From the NCBI RefSeq assembly GCF_964204645.1, contig NC_134027.1:27552560-27616559 (forward strand): a DNA stretch of 64,000 nt, written 5' to 3'. Below are positions 11,875 to 37,025 of the stretch, one piece after another. This DNA comes from Tubulanus polymorphus (Eukaryota; Animalia; Nemertea). A program made the position numbers and the translations under genes. The notes beneath the pieces are model-generated. The model saw only the letters and a program-made list of their open reading frames with translations. It was not told the origin of the DNA and did no database searches. The first letter of the stretch is position 1, and the number at the start of each line of letters is the position of its first letter.

Positions 11875-13112
11875 ATGGAAAATTCTTCCAATCCTGATAA
11901 TGAACCTGTGGTCCCTGTGGCCGCGCCATCAGTAACAGAGTCAACTCAACAAAATAAACCGTTATGTTTGAAAAAAGAGAGAATCCATGACGATAATTTG
12001 ACTGAAAGTTTCCAATCAGAAGATTCTACGAATGAAGATTGTATGGAGTCTGAATGTGGTATGTATAGCAGTAACAGTGAACAGTGTTTGTACGACGATA
12101 CCGGCTCATCGGATTATTGATTAATCTGATATTGTTTTTTTCAGATTCTGAAATTGATTGTAAATTAACGGAGAAAGAGAAATATTGCGAGGACACGTTT
12201 AAGGATATCCTCTTCAGATGTTACGGATATTCATTTCATGGAAAACTCGATTTGCCGCAAAAATATTCGAATCTGGAAACTTCTACGGAATCGCAACAAT
12301 TCACGTCGTTTTATTACGAAACGAATGAAGAGAAAAATTCCTCGACGCAACAATCGACGTCGTTAAAAACTTCCACTTGCGGAGTTTGTAAAAAATCGTT
12401 CGCGAATAAATATAAAATTCCGATACATTCGTGTACGCCTGTAGAAAACAGTTACCACGGCGACGACGATGAATTATACGAATGCGATTTGTGCGACGAA
12501 AGTTTCACGGTTAAAAATCGATTGATCGCTCACTACATCGATCACACGGATAAACAACCGTCGACGTGCGATATCTGTCAGAAACTATTCTCCAGCGAGG
12601 AGAATCTATCGATTCACGTTAAACAGCGCCACGGCGACACCGACCGTCCTTACGTGTGCGATTTATGCCATAAAACATTCTCGGAGAAAAGCTACCTCGC
12701 TAAACATTTAAAAGTTCATTCAAACGATCGTCCGTTTAAATGTAGCATCTGTTTGAAAGCATTCCGTCGAAACACGCATTTAACGCGACACATGAAAACC
12801 CACAGCGGCGTTAAACCGTTCTCGTGTGCCGTCTGCCATAAATCATTTACTACTAAATACTACCTCGAACAGCACACGATGTTACACGTCGGCGAGGATC
12901 CGTTAGCGTGTGCCGTGTGCCAGATCGCGTTCGATACGAAAACTCAACTGATCGAACACATGAAAATTCACTTCGGTGAAAAACCGTTTAAATGCGACGT
13001 TTGTTTGAAAACATTCGCGAAGAAATGCGCGTTAACTGTGCATCGTAAAACTCATAAAAACGGTGAATTCAGCCATGATTTCTTCAATCATCGAGAAACT
13101 TCACATTCCTGA
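11875..13112 (+). CDS. C2H2 zinc-finger protein (2 coding exons: 11875-12058, 12145-13112)
   Basis: Donor GTATGT at 12059 and acceptor ttttcag at 12144 join in phase 1 (G|AT TCT GAA = D-S-E). There are 7 intact CxxC-x12-HxxxH fingers plus a degenerate first one, with linkers such as GEKPF and GVKPF. Confidence 0.9.
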
Positions 13113-14443
13113 ATCTATGGCTCCCTACGATTTCTTGAGAACTCATTCTAAACGGGAAATATTTTCAAGGACCTTGAATATGCTTTAATTTGAGCAAAAT
13201 GTCTGAAAGTCCTCGAAAACTCCCTGAATTTTGAGAACCCTATATGACATGACACAATAGACTAGTGTTTTCTACTCAGTAGTGTTCTACTCAGTTTGTT
13301 TATAAAATTGATATCACACAATTAATGAAATGTAAAATATACTTTGGGATTTTGTCTAAATCTATCGGATAGTCACTCTTCGATGACATAGTTCGGTTGA
13401 TTGGATTCTGTGATGATAAGATTTAGACATTAACTACTCAGGAAAATGTAGGAAAGTAAAACCTTCATCAATTGTTGGATTTCAATTTTATGTTGATAAA
13501 TCCTCATTCCTATTAACTCATATAAGTTAAAGTAATTGTTATCTTTCTTACGTATCTGTGCTTTGTGATGAATGGCCCCCAATTTAAAATGCATTTATGA
13601 TATTCTGGTCATCCTATTTTACTTAATATGAACAGTTATAGTATATTGATATATTTTTGTGTTGGTAAAACAGTGATATTTCTATTGAATATTGTGTTGT
13701 TTTTGTTTTAAAGTAATAGATGTTTTAGTATTGTCTTACGTATGTTGAATAAGTATTGTTTTGTAAGATTAGATTTGTAGTCATTTTGTCGAGCGGTATT
13801 TTCATCGGATCAGGACTCTAATCTAGTGGTAGATATCTTGTTATTGATCTGTTTTGTAATTGGTTGTAGACATTGTTATATTCTCATCATGATTAATAAT
13901 TCTACTTAAATTTCAAATTAGTTCAGTAAAATTCATCAAGAATTTACATCGAAAATGATTTTTTCTGGAAACATAGCCCGGGTATTTGTATTGATTGTGA
14001 TGTATCAGTCATTCAATAAATGTGTTGTCTTAAGATCGTGTCTCATCATCTTTTTCATTTTGAACACACATTTCTCTACCTCTTGCTCCACAAGACCAAA
14101 GATCATCCATCTTCATCAGAATTATCAATGAATGAAACGACTGCAGGAGAAATATATCATCAGTGGGTCCTGATACAGGGGCTAATTTAGAAGAACTTGT
14201 CACATCCAGAAAGCTTATTTTGATGTCCAAAAAGACAAAATCAAGTGTCACAATTTCCCTATTTTTCTGATCAGAGCCTTGACCAAGAATGCTCTTACCA
14301 AATGTTACCTCATCAGAGAAAGGATTGAATGAAAAGTGTCCGAGGTTTTATGTATCAGTCCTCAACATTGTATTGAAAAAACTTAACTAATACATGAGGA
14401 TGTAGTGTAAATATAGACCTCTTGTAATGTGTATCCAAGTGCC

Positions 14444-14790
14444 TGATTGGTCTAGAGCTGGTCACCTGACCACAAATACACAGGCCAAACCTAGGGTTAC
14501 CATGGTTTACTGACCCTAGTCAGGCCAAACCTAGGGTTACCATTGTTTACTGACCCTAGTCAGGCCAAACCTAGGGTTATCACTGTTTAATAACCCTAGG
14601 GTCGATTGGTCTAGAGCTGGTCACCTGACCAAAACAATCAGGCCAAACCTAGGGTTATCATTGTTTACTGACCCTAGGGTTGATTGGTCTAGAGCTGGTC
14701 ACCTGACCAAAACAATCAGGCCAAACCTAGGGTTATCACTGTTTAATAACCCTAGGGTTGATTGGTCTAGAGCTGGTCACCTGACCACAA
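14444..14790. repeat. Tandem repeat with palindromic cores (aacctagggtt / gaccctaggg), ~85-bp unit
   Basis: gattggtctagagctggtcacctgacca...caggccaaacctagggttatca repeated 3-4 times. A diverged inverse relative lies at ~61060-61190. Confidence 0.8.
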
Positions 14791-15448
14791 TAAGTAGAAG
14801 AGATACAGTTGTTGAGTTGTTGATTTATATTTATATTTTTATTGATACAATTGAATGATGGGTTTTTTGTCGAGGAAGCTCGGTTTCAGTAAAGCATCGA
14901 ATGATCAAATAATCCTGTGACAAATAAACAACATGATGTAGAAAAAGCGTGAATCACTACAGTCAAAATGGCAGCGTATATTTATAGATATCAACAGCCG
15001 ACGTTTGATAAACAAAAAATGGACGGAATTGAAATAAAATGTGCATCGAAATAAACATCACTTTCCACTTGAAACTATTTTTACAATATTATGGCTTATT
15101 TGATAACAAAATACGTAAAATTTTCATTTGATTAAAATTCAATAATTTATGGAATAATATTGATATATATTGTGTATATTGTATGAAAAAATTGAATGTG
15201 ATTTAGATGAATCAGTCCTTCCCAAAACAGTACGATACGAGCTGATGCTTGTCGAAAAACAGAATACTCTCATCAGTTATAAATACAGGATATACGAAAT
15301 AGGGAAGGACTTGATCTAGCTACATTCTATCAACCACAATACTAGCTAGACATACTATAGCTCTCTCTGTCTATGGTCTAATCATTAAAAGTCTAGTGTC
15401 CCCGAAAAATGGGGTAACTGATAAACCAAAGTGGTCTGTTATTCTTAA

Positions 15449-16158
15449 CTGTTCTAGGGGTAACCCGTAAGATCAGCTGGTCTGTTCTAGGGGTAACCCG
15501 TAAGATCAGCTGGTCTGTTCTAGGGGTAACCCGTAAGATCAGCTGGTCTGTTCTAGGGGTAACCCGTAAGATCAGCTGGTATTCACACTGTTCTAGGGGT
15601 AACCCGTTAGATCAGCTGGTCTGTTGTAGGGGTAACCCGTTAGATCAGCTGGTCTGTTGTAGGGGTAACCCGTAAGATCAGCTGGTCTGTTCTAGGGGTA
15701 ACCCATTAGATCAGCTGGTCTGTTCTAGGGGTAACCCGTTAGATCAGCTGGTCTGTTCTAGGGGTAACCCGTAAGATCAGCTGGTCTGTTCTAGGGGTAA
15801 CCCGTAAGATCGGCTGGTCTGTTCCAGGGGTAACCCGTAAGATCAGCTGGTCTGTTTTAGGGGTAACCCGTAAGATCAGCTGGTCTGTTCTAGGGGTAAC
15901 CCGTAAGATCAGCTGGTCTGTTCTAGGGGTAACCCGTAAGATCAGCTGGTCTGTTCTAGGGGTAACCCGTAAGATCAGCTGGTATTCACACTGTTCTAGG
16001 GGTAACCAGTAAGATCAGCTGGTATTCATACTGTTCTAGGGGTAACCCGTAAGATCAGCTGGTCTGTTCTAGGGGTAACCCGTAAGATCGGCTGGTCTGT
16101 TTTAGGGGTAACCCGTAAGATCGGCTGGTCTGTTCCAGGGGTAACCCGTAAGATCAGT
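15449..16158. repeat. 33-bp minisatellite, ~21 copies
   Basis: Unit tgttctaggggtaacccgtaagatcagctggtc, with occasional 'attcacac' insertions. Confidence 0.95.
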
Positions 16159-16348
16159 TATTCTATTATTCAGCTGCCTATCTTGATAAATACATGAATC
16201 ATCTCTTTGATTTAAGGCACCCGATTCATTCTTTGAATCGAAAATGAGAATAGAACGTTTCATTTTTCTCATGTTTTTTAGTATCAGCAGCAGCTGCAGC
16301 AGCTGCAGCAGCAGCAGCAGCAGCTGCAGTCGGTAGAGTGTATGCTAT

Positions 16349-27805
<11,457 letters not shown>

Positions 27806-29270
27806 CTTGTAAACAAACCGTGACTACAATCACGATCAGGTTCGAATCCCATAAAAGGAACTAACAATCAAATCCAATCTGTCTTTATTGGTCCTCAAAT
27901 TTCGGGCAGTATGATTATTTTTCCTATAGCGATAACGACAGCGAGGCCAAACTGCGCGAACTAGTGCCCAAATGATAATTATTCCTCTATGATTTAAGTG
28001 TAAATAGTGTTTAGAAATTTGCAATAATATTTCGCTTACCGAGGAGACAAAAACGTTTGAAATCAAAACCGCAAGAAAGAACGAACACTGAGCACACGCT
28101 GATTTACAAATGTCCAACATAATATTTTATTTCTCATCATTACATAGATATATATGCCAAACATTAACGTTATAATTATGGCTAATCGATTAATGGTTTA
28201 ATTAAAGCACATTTCATAGGATAGGGCCCAAAATATATTATGCTTACATGAACCAACAAGTTTATTGATAACCCATTTTAACATCAATACTGTCTTAACA
28301 AACAGGAACAGCAGTTAAATCTATCACTAAATCCAGTTTATCTGGTTTTATAGCTACATAGTAGTCTTGGGCAAAATGAAATTAATTTTTCAATTTCAAA
28401 TTTGTCTTTTTCAATATTTCTCATCGTTGGTATTTGAAGCATTTAAATGTGTGTAAAATGTGAAAAATAATTTATCATCAAACGTCACAATTTGGAATTT
28501 AATTTGCCGGAGTAAATGGAAACAGCAGAATAAAAATGGCATCAGCTGCGGCACACACAATTAAAACATTAATGACAGATACTTATATCACATATATATC
28601 ATATAAGTATAATTATAAGTGCATGTTTATGTCAGACCTATCGATGAATATTATAAATAGGCCTTGAAATAAATAGCTTCTTAAAACCAAAAGATATTTA
28701 CACACCATCAGTTGATCCCAATCAGAATAAAAGTAAAAACCAATAGATAAAATGATCTTAAGTAAACATGTTTAAGTAAACATGTTTTAACTGAGAATGT
28801 TACAAGTGGAATTTCATTGTTCTTAGGGCTGGAAATTAAACATACATAGTTTTGTCTTAGACGCAGATGTTAAAATGTCTGTTATCAATCTACAGTAAAA
28901 CTCACAATTTTGTCATCATTCATTACTGGCTATAGACTTCACTCATTAGTGAGATCACAGGTTTAACTTGGAGCATGGACGTATAATCTAGTTTATACGT
29001 CCATGCTTGGAGTGAACCATTTAGGCCCAACTCGGATGTCTTTTGATTTTGTAATATCTTTATGACACTATAAACATAAATTGTGACATCCAATTCAGAT
29101 ATTAGTCAAGTTTGACAAATCTTTCACAGTCCCAAAAGGTCTGAGTTGCCTGTTCTCCAGTAATTTTTGAGTCCTGATTCGTATTCAAATTCAATTTAAC
29201 GTGCAAGTTATAATTTGATCGTCCCAATTATGACAACTTAATCAGTGAGTTCAACTCTATTACAATGTAA

Positions 29271-29435
29271 GGGATCATTCATTTATTACGTACACATTTG
29301 GGGAGGGGGAGGGGGTCAGTGCAATTGTGTACTGTAATGCATAATGTATATGAAAAAATGGCCGCTTTGGCGTACAGAGGGGGAGGGGGGTTGAAAAATT
29401 CAAATTTTTTGCGTACGTAATAAATGAACGATCCC
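29271..29435. mobile_element. PIF/Harbinger (Tourist-like) MITE
   Basis: TAA|GGGATCATTCATTTATTACGTAC ... GTACGTAATAAATGAACGATCCC|TAA: TIRs and a 3-bp TAA TSD. An inverted second copy at 42785-42946 has a TTA TSD. Confidence 0.88.
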
Positions 29436-29438
29436 TAA

Positions 29439-29530
29439 GGACCCAGTTCCACAGTTGTGAGTTAAGATTTGACTTGAAAATGAACTATTTCAATTCAAGA
29501 GTTAACTCTAACTCAGGTGGAACCAGGTCA
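29439..29530. mobile_element. Internally deleted 'ccagttccacag' palindromic MITE
   Basis: ggacccagttccacagttgtgagttaagatttgac...gagttaactctaactcag.gtggaaccagg, homologous to 62344-62451. Confidence 0.7.
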
Positions 29531-30593
29531 AGGTGGTAATATTCATAGGATTGCTCATCACTTCAGGACATATTCAATCATTGATCGAAAACTAATCAAT
29601 AAGTGCCCTGTATACTATGCATATGAAAGTTTTTGAGGCCATTAAGAATTATTTGACATTTGGTCGTTCGTAGAAATCTGCAGATTCGATCATGTGACTT
29701 CTATGTCATCAGGTTCACACAACCTGATCTAAAAAGTAACATTGATTGATTACACGTATGAGATTAAATTCCCTACCAGAAAATGCAATACGCATACAAT
29801 AATAGCAAGTATTCAAGAATGTTAACTTCAATTCGGTTAGATTTCAATCGTTGAAAATTAAGAGTTTTATAGAATTTGATTTGAAATCCATGGATCTTTT
29901 ATCAATGCAATTAAACAAGCCGTACTGATCAGGGTCGCTAGCAAGAGTTGGGGGGGGGGGGGACAGGGGGTTTATACTGGCTCTGTGTATACTAGACTTC
30001 ATTGTGTCTTATATCTCTGTTGGGTTTTCTAGAAGATTGGTTATTTTCAACGTTTAAAATCTAACTTTATTTGGATTTGGATGTTACAGATAAACCGATA
30101 TTTCAGCTATATACATAGTAGTAAACAGTTTTGTTACTGAAAAATAAATGAGATATATAGTTTGCTGTTTCAACCAAATCAATCATATAATTCTTGATCG
30201 GTAAATAATATTTCTAATTAAACAATCATAAATAATAACAAAGATTCTACAAAACGATATGTTGTACAAGTATCACATCATTTAGAAACAAAAACCACAG
30301 TTTCACATCTCAACCTTTTGATAACCTTAGTTCGAAAATATCAGGTCACTAGACTTGAAAATGAGCAACTATCAACACTTGTCACTTCAGTGCGCAATCT
30401 ACCCGTCAATCTGTGCCTTACATTTACTACCAGACATAAGATAAATGTTTCACACAAATCCCAGGGAAAATATTGCCATTTACCGACTGAAATATAACCC
30501 ATTAGGAAGGAGGGATTTAAGATCATTAATAGCAGCAATAATGTGTGCGGTTAGCGTTGTAGACACGTCCCTAACAACCACATAATATAATCA

Positions 30594-32821
30594 TTAATCT
30601 AATTTCTCGACGAGCTTAGAAACAATGGCTTTCATACACGCTCCACGGGACTTCGCCGTTTCGAGAACTTCTGCGTGATTGGGCGAATCATCATTGTCAT
30701 AATCCATTATACATTTGTTAGTGACGAGGCTCATACCAAACACACGTAAACCGGAATGTCGCGCGACGATTACTTCATGCACAGTACTCATACCTGTATC
30801 AGACAAGAAATAAACGCATTCCGATCATTAATAATACTTACATTCATCTATTCAAAATAACTGAACGATAAATCTAATTGATTCTATAGCAAATGTCTGG
30901 GTCTATAGACTAGACTATAATTCTTGAATCAGCTCGTTTCTGAGGGAATAGTCAAGGCTAGGCGGCTAGGCTATTAAACTGAAATGACCTCAGACAGACT
31001 TTAAGAGAGTTGAAATAATTTATTATTTACCTACCCATTCACAAAGACATTTCATTTCAATTTCTCAAAAGGGCAAAAGTCAAGAGAAATAAGGATCAGA
31101 TATCGGACAAAATTGATACCTGATTTTATGTGGAATATTGATTGACATTTGGTTTCTTACCTGTGACATCTGCTCCGAGAAGGCTTAGCAGACGACATTC
31201 AGCTTGAGTTTCAAAACACGGTCCTCCTTGCATCACGTAAACACCATTGCGTATGTAATCACCATAACCCAAGTCTTTAGCAATCTCTGTACCGAGTTTA
31301 TGAAGTTTTTTGTCGTATGCAGTTGTCATAGAAGGAAATCTAGTTCCATATCTGTAATACAATGAATGAATGAATAATCTATGAAAATGTTCTGAAGAAG
31401 TAAAGCAATTCAATATATAATCTAAAACGTTTGCTACAAAAGGATCATAAAATAACTAGTTTTTTCATGTAACGCTTTGATCTATTGATAAATGAAAGAC
31501 AAACTGGCCCTATTTTTAATTCTTATCTTAAAACGTTTAAAATAATCACATGTTTTATTCGTCAAAATGTGATAATATTTAAGATCATGTGGATCAACTG
31601 ATAACTATAAATGATAACATTCAAACAACTCTAAAATTTGGCAACAAAAACAAAATAAATATGACATTTAGACGACCTCAGTTTGTTTGAAGTAGGACCG
31701 CTGAAAACAAGAATAAATTACATTTCTGCGTACCTCTCATCATTAATACCCATTAGAGGATTATTTCCAGCAAATCCTGGTAAATTGATGTGATCTTTGA
31801 TAATCATTATATCACCAACATTATAACTTCTATTCAAACCACCAGCTGCGTTCGTAACAATCAGAGTTTTCACTCCCATATGTGCCATCACTCTCACTGG
31901 TTTAGCACACTGAAAATTCATCAAATTACTAATTACAAATATCTGTATCTTATGTAGGAAGTAATTTGATCTGTGTTGAAATTATAATCAATATCTTACC
32001 AGCCATAAAGGATAACCTTCATATGGGTGAATCCTACCCTGCATGCAAACTGTAGGCTTCCCTTTTAGATATCCAAATACAAGTTTTCCAACATGACCAG
32101 GCACTAAACAATCGAATTAATATATCATTAAAAAAACTTAATATTCAATAGATAAATTTTCTGAATTTCCAAATGAATACCCACCGGTGCTAACAGGGAA
32201 TCCAGGTATTTCCTCGTAAGGGAACGCTACTTTATTTTCTAAAGAATCGGCAAGACTTCCCAATCCTGAACCGCAAATAATTCCAACTTCAGGTGGATTT
32301 AATTCTATTTTCTCTAGTAGAAAATTGGCGATGTTTTTTATTTCTTCATAGCTAGAGTAGAAATATATAAAAGCAAAAGCTAAAGTAATATATAAAATAT
32401 GTACCAATATCTGAGTTATTATATTGAACACCAGATGACCCCCAGTGACAGATGCAACATTATAGTCCTTCACATGGTGTGTGCATTACACTCCTATATT
32501 TCAACCAATCACAACACGATAATTCGACCGCACCTCCAAATCGATGGAATTATCAATCAATAACAACTATGTTTTGGGTGAAAACCAATGACGTTGACAA
32601 TCCCATAGCCTTTTGCCAACCCAAACCTACGATTCTTGTATTGGCCTATCTTTTAGCCCAGAGTATTTTTTAAAGAATTTGAATTTTTTGACAACTCCCC
32701 GAGCCTTCTTCACTGGCTTCAGTCACCACATTTTGAATTTAGATATTTTTCATAATTACTCAATGACAACGCTAGCTTACCTGTAAGTTGTTGCAGCAGA
32801 TGCAGTAGAAGTGGATGTCAT
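30594..32821 (-). CDS. PNP: Purine nucleoside phosphorylase (6 coding exons)
   Basis: ATG at 32821, [14 protein letters not shown]|YEEIK..; motifs [86 protein letters not shown]. Stop at 30594. Confidence 0.96.
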
Positions 32822-33395
32822 GTTTGTCAAATTTAGGTAAAACCTTGTAAGCACGGTGTAAAAGTCTCGGTCGATGTAAATCTATGAAATGTTTGGGACT
32901 GTGCCAACAGCCACTATTTAATACTAATAGTATGACGTCAATAACCGATTTACCGCCTGTGAAATAATTACTGACTGTTCGGCCTATAATCTATTTATTC
33001 ACTACTTTCGGGGTTATTTATGTTATCAGTTATGGAAAATATATGTTTATAAATTGTATCCATAAAACGGTATAAAATATCATTGAAAATTGAGGGAACT
33101 TTAACGCGTATGAATCTCACAATCGATCCATTCATAAAAATGCAAAAACATGTCGGGACTCGAACCCGAACTGATATCGTCAGCATAGATAGGTCCAATC
33201 CGCGTACTGGAAGTTTCAATTTTAATTATTTTAGTTTTGTATTTCAAACTAATGCGTGTATGTTTCTTATTAATGATTATAAGAGCATCAATGAAGTATG
33301 TTGAATTGAATTGGGTCTTGGATTAGATATGGTTTATGTACCATGTTGGTTGATAGTTGAGGAATCTCGGGACAAATTCAATTCAATTAACTAAT
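32822..33395. promoter_or_regulatory. Putative bidirectional promoter for PNP/OXA1L
   Basis: Divergent ATGs are 575 bp apart. A perfect CRE (TGACGTCA) lies at 32933-32940 and a YY1-like ATATGGCGGC overlaps the OXA1L start. Confidence 0.55.
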
Positions 33396-36130
33396 ATGGC
33401 GGCGTCAATCGTACAGTTCGCTGTACATGTTGCCGGCCGGCGTTTATGTTTAACTTATACCGGCAATACAACACGAATATATCAATCAATTCACGTAAGC
33501 ATTAATTAGCGGTTAATTAAGTCGGATCAATTAACGCCTGTGTTTGTTATACTGTGTACGTTCATTCAATTCTCCATCCATAGAACAATTCAATTCAATC
33601 GAAATTTATTTATTTTTACAGAGAAACATACAGCACAGTTCAGTACGGAGATTCTCAGCTCCGAGTCGGTGCCAGCCGATTTTACCAGTACAACACTCGG
33701 TGGTCAGTTCAATAAGACTGTTTGATAAACCGCGACAGTCGTCTGTCATTTATGGTGCATTCATACGATACAATAGTAATGAAACAGCAACAGCAGCAGC
33801 AGGGGTGAGTTTAGTTAGTAACCTGTCTGTGGTTTAGTTTCACGATCGGATATTTTCACAAACCACACGTTGGTATAAGTCCATCCAATTATAGAAAGCT
33901 TACCACCAATCATTAGGTAACTAACTAGGGTGAGTTGTATACGACGCAACGACTCACAACAGAGTCTCCACTTTAATTAACCCAATTATCTCAGAAGTAA
34001 TACTGTTGACATCTGAGAAAACAAACCCTCATGACTGAGATTATTGGAAACAAGACCTTACAATCTAACTGGTTCCTGTTTCATCAAAAATTATCATTTT
34101 GTCCTCTTTGAAAATATAAAGCAATTAAACCAAAAATGAATGTCCAGTTAATTGTGCAAACTTCATAACGTCCAGTAGATATCAATAATTGTAGATATAT
34201 CTAATGAGTATATTGAATTTCAGCAGACAACTGATGGCACCAGTCCAGTAGAGCAGACGTATACTGATGCGTATATACCAGAACCACCTCCGGTACCTGA
34301 CGCTGCAGCTGCTGCTGTTGATGGTCTACCTGAATCCGCACAACTCGTATTAAACTCACTCGGCGAGCCGGCGATTACTAGTTTAGGACTGGGTTGTTGG
34401 TATACACCAGCCGGAGTGGTGCAGTTAGCTTTAGAGTCGTTACATGTGACGTGTGATTTACCGTGGTGGGCCGCTATAGTAGCAGGTACCAACACACCCT
34501 CCCCCCATTCAAAACTATAATTCCAGATTTTAAATTTTTATATAAAACAAAGAGTAATAAATTGTGAATACTTTTTAAAGGTACGTTGTTTGTGAGGTGT
34601 TGTATGTTCCCGCTTGTGATCCTGGCTCAACGTAATTCAGCCAGACTACACAATCACATGCCAGGGATGACTCGTTTACAAGACGCATTTTCTGAAGCGA
34701 GACTGACGAATAATCAATTAGAAGGTAAGGTGGTGCCACCCGGCTCCCTTCAAATCAGTATAATCTAGACGGGGGGAAGAGGACGGTCTTCCCTCACCCA
34801 TACATTGATCTAGTTTTATCTAGGTTTGTTTTATTTCAGTTGCTCGAGCTGGAAATGAATTAATGACTTACATGTCAAAACATAGGATCCAACCATTTAA
34901 AAACATGCTCGTCCCAATGGCGCAAGTAAGTTCTCATTACCGGGATTCTGATACCAAAAATAGTTCATTAATCATTAAACATACACTGGACCCAGTTCCA
35001 CAATCATTAAACCTACACTGGACCCAGTTCCACAATCATTAAACCTACACTGGACCCAGTTCCACAATTATTAAACCTTCACTGGACCCAGTTCCACAAT
35101 TATTAAACCTACACTGGACCCAGTTCCACAGTTCTAAGATTTCACTCTAGAATTTGAAAATGAACTAACAGTAATTAAACAGTAACTCACACGTGTCAGT
35201 TTTGTACTATAAATCAGTGATATATGTTACAGGTTCCGGTGTTTCTGTCTGTGTTTATGGGTTTAAGAAAGATGGCTAATTTACCGGTAGCTAGTATGAC
35301 GACTGGTGGAATTCTCTGGTTTACTGATCTAACCCTCGCCGATAACTGGTACGGAATGCCTCTCATTACTATGGCTACATTTCTACTCACAATTGAGGTA
35401 AATTTCGGCATAATTTAAAGTTATTTCTGCGATGACCTTTGACTGATCGGTCATATTCAAAAAAATGATATTTGAGTTGTAGGTTGGTGTTGATGGTGTA
35501 CGCGCTAGTTCTCAAACTCATGCTATGAAATGGATTTTAAGAGCAATGCCTATTTTTATTTTACCAATGATCAGTAACTTCCCTGCTGTGAGTACAAGTA
35601 TCCTCTACATAATTCTTGAACGTCACTTTCCGCATTTTTGCATTTCATAAACTGAGTTATTTATTTCAGGCGATGTTGGTCTATTGGTTAACGTCAAATA
35701 TGTTCTCTTTAACTCAAGTCGTTTTCCTGAAAATCCCTAAAGTTCGATCGTTCTTCAAAATTGAACCATTAGTAAAACACGCGCCCGGGGTCCAGAAAAA
35801 GAAGAAATTCATTCAAGGATTCAAAGAAAGTTAGTATCACACGATAACACACAGAAGACTGTGCTTGCCTCAGATTATCCTGTACCCCAGACTCTGCTTG
35901 ATTTGGACTATTCTGTGCCCCGTGATTTTCCTATTCCATTTCATGTTTTGACTCGCAGTGATTCAAGTTTATGCGTTTATTTTCTTTAAGCTTGGAATAA
36001 TTCTAAAACGATGGCATCAGTCGAGGATCGAATGAGAGCTGATGAGAAAGCATTTCGTCAAGCGGGAATAGGACCGATTCAAAAAACATTCAAACACGAC
36101 CCGACTAAAGTTGTCAAAAAGAAGAAATGA
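33396..36130 (+). CDS. OXA1L: Mitochondrial inner-membrane insertase OXA1L (YidC/Oxa1 family), multi-exon
   Basis: ATG at 33396 with an Arg-rich presequence. Motifs GEPAITSLGLGCWYTPAGVVQLALE..H....LPWWAAI, VRCCMFPLVI.AQRN, QVPVFLSVFMGLRKMANLPV.SM.TGG.LWFTDLT.AD, LVYWLTSN.FSL.Q; C-terminal GPIQKTFKHDPT. TGA at 36128-36130. Confidence 0.95.
34972..35132. repeat. 33-bp minisatellite derived from a MITE end (attaaacctacactggacccagttccacaat)
   Basis: About 5 tandem units; the last continues into MITE body sequence. Confidence 0.8.
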
Positions 36131-37025
36131 AATTCAAACGAATGAAACGATATATGATTGATTGATTGTATATAAGAGACTTGTGTTCGTTCAGTAAGGA
36201 TTAGCTGTATTTAGTGCCACAGGTTGAAATTAATCCTCTTTGAAATGAATCATGAAAATATCATTATTGAAATAATGATGTATTAAAAAGAATTGTTGTT
36301 TAGATACATTAAAACATTTTTAACATAAATCTTCAATTGTCTTGATTGATATCATTTTGATGGCTGTAAATCCTCAGTAACTGTAATTTTTACGGCTTTA
36401 TTTCCTCGCAGCGTCTCCTGTCCCTGAATCAACGCATCGAAACAACCATTTACACAATATTTATTAAATGTTGATATTTATTAATTTCATTATAAAACTA
36501 CAAGTGAAACAGATTTAAATTATATGTTAATTGAAATAACATCGAGGTTATGGCTACATCCAACAATACCGGGGTTTTACGAACAAATCTCAGCCATCAG
36601 GACTATCGGTCAATATCAACATATCTTGTCACTATCAATCAATACTGTTATTAATTAATTAAACTAAAAACTATTGATCAAACATTCATAGCTACAATTC
36701 ACTGTGGACAAAAGAGGCCATCTTGGATCCAGTTAATTTCTATAAATCAGTTCATCAAAATCCAAGATGGCCACAACAATAGGTGTTTTGATATGAAATG
36801 GCTTCTAATTGTCTTACAAATAGCTAATAATCATTATGTACAATCTGTTCTAGTTTGTCTATAAACAGCTTCTAATCAGTTACAGTATGTATGCAGGAAA
36901 TAGAGGGTTCACAGGGAAATATGGCACAAAGGGCGTCAGAAAACAGAGGATACATACTTGATAAATAGGCTTTCATACTGTAAGGGAGTGTAATACACTG
37001 AGTATGAATGTAATACTATGTAATA

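Noticed and set aside
15449-16158. CRISPR-like appearance of regular arrays (also 20778-21187, 25278-25872, 54350-54920)
   Set aside because: Units are head-to-tail with no unique spacers, there are no cas genes, and the context is eukaryotic introns/UTRs; these are minisatellites.
33150-33215. tRNA-like T-arm GGGTTCGAGTCCC on the minus strand in the PNP/OXA1L intergenic region
   Set aside because: No A box, D arm or acceptor stem could be formed; at most an isolated B box or a decayed SINE.
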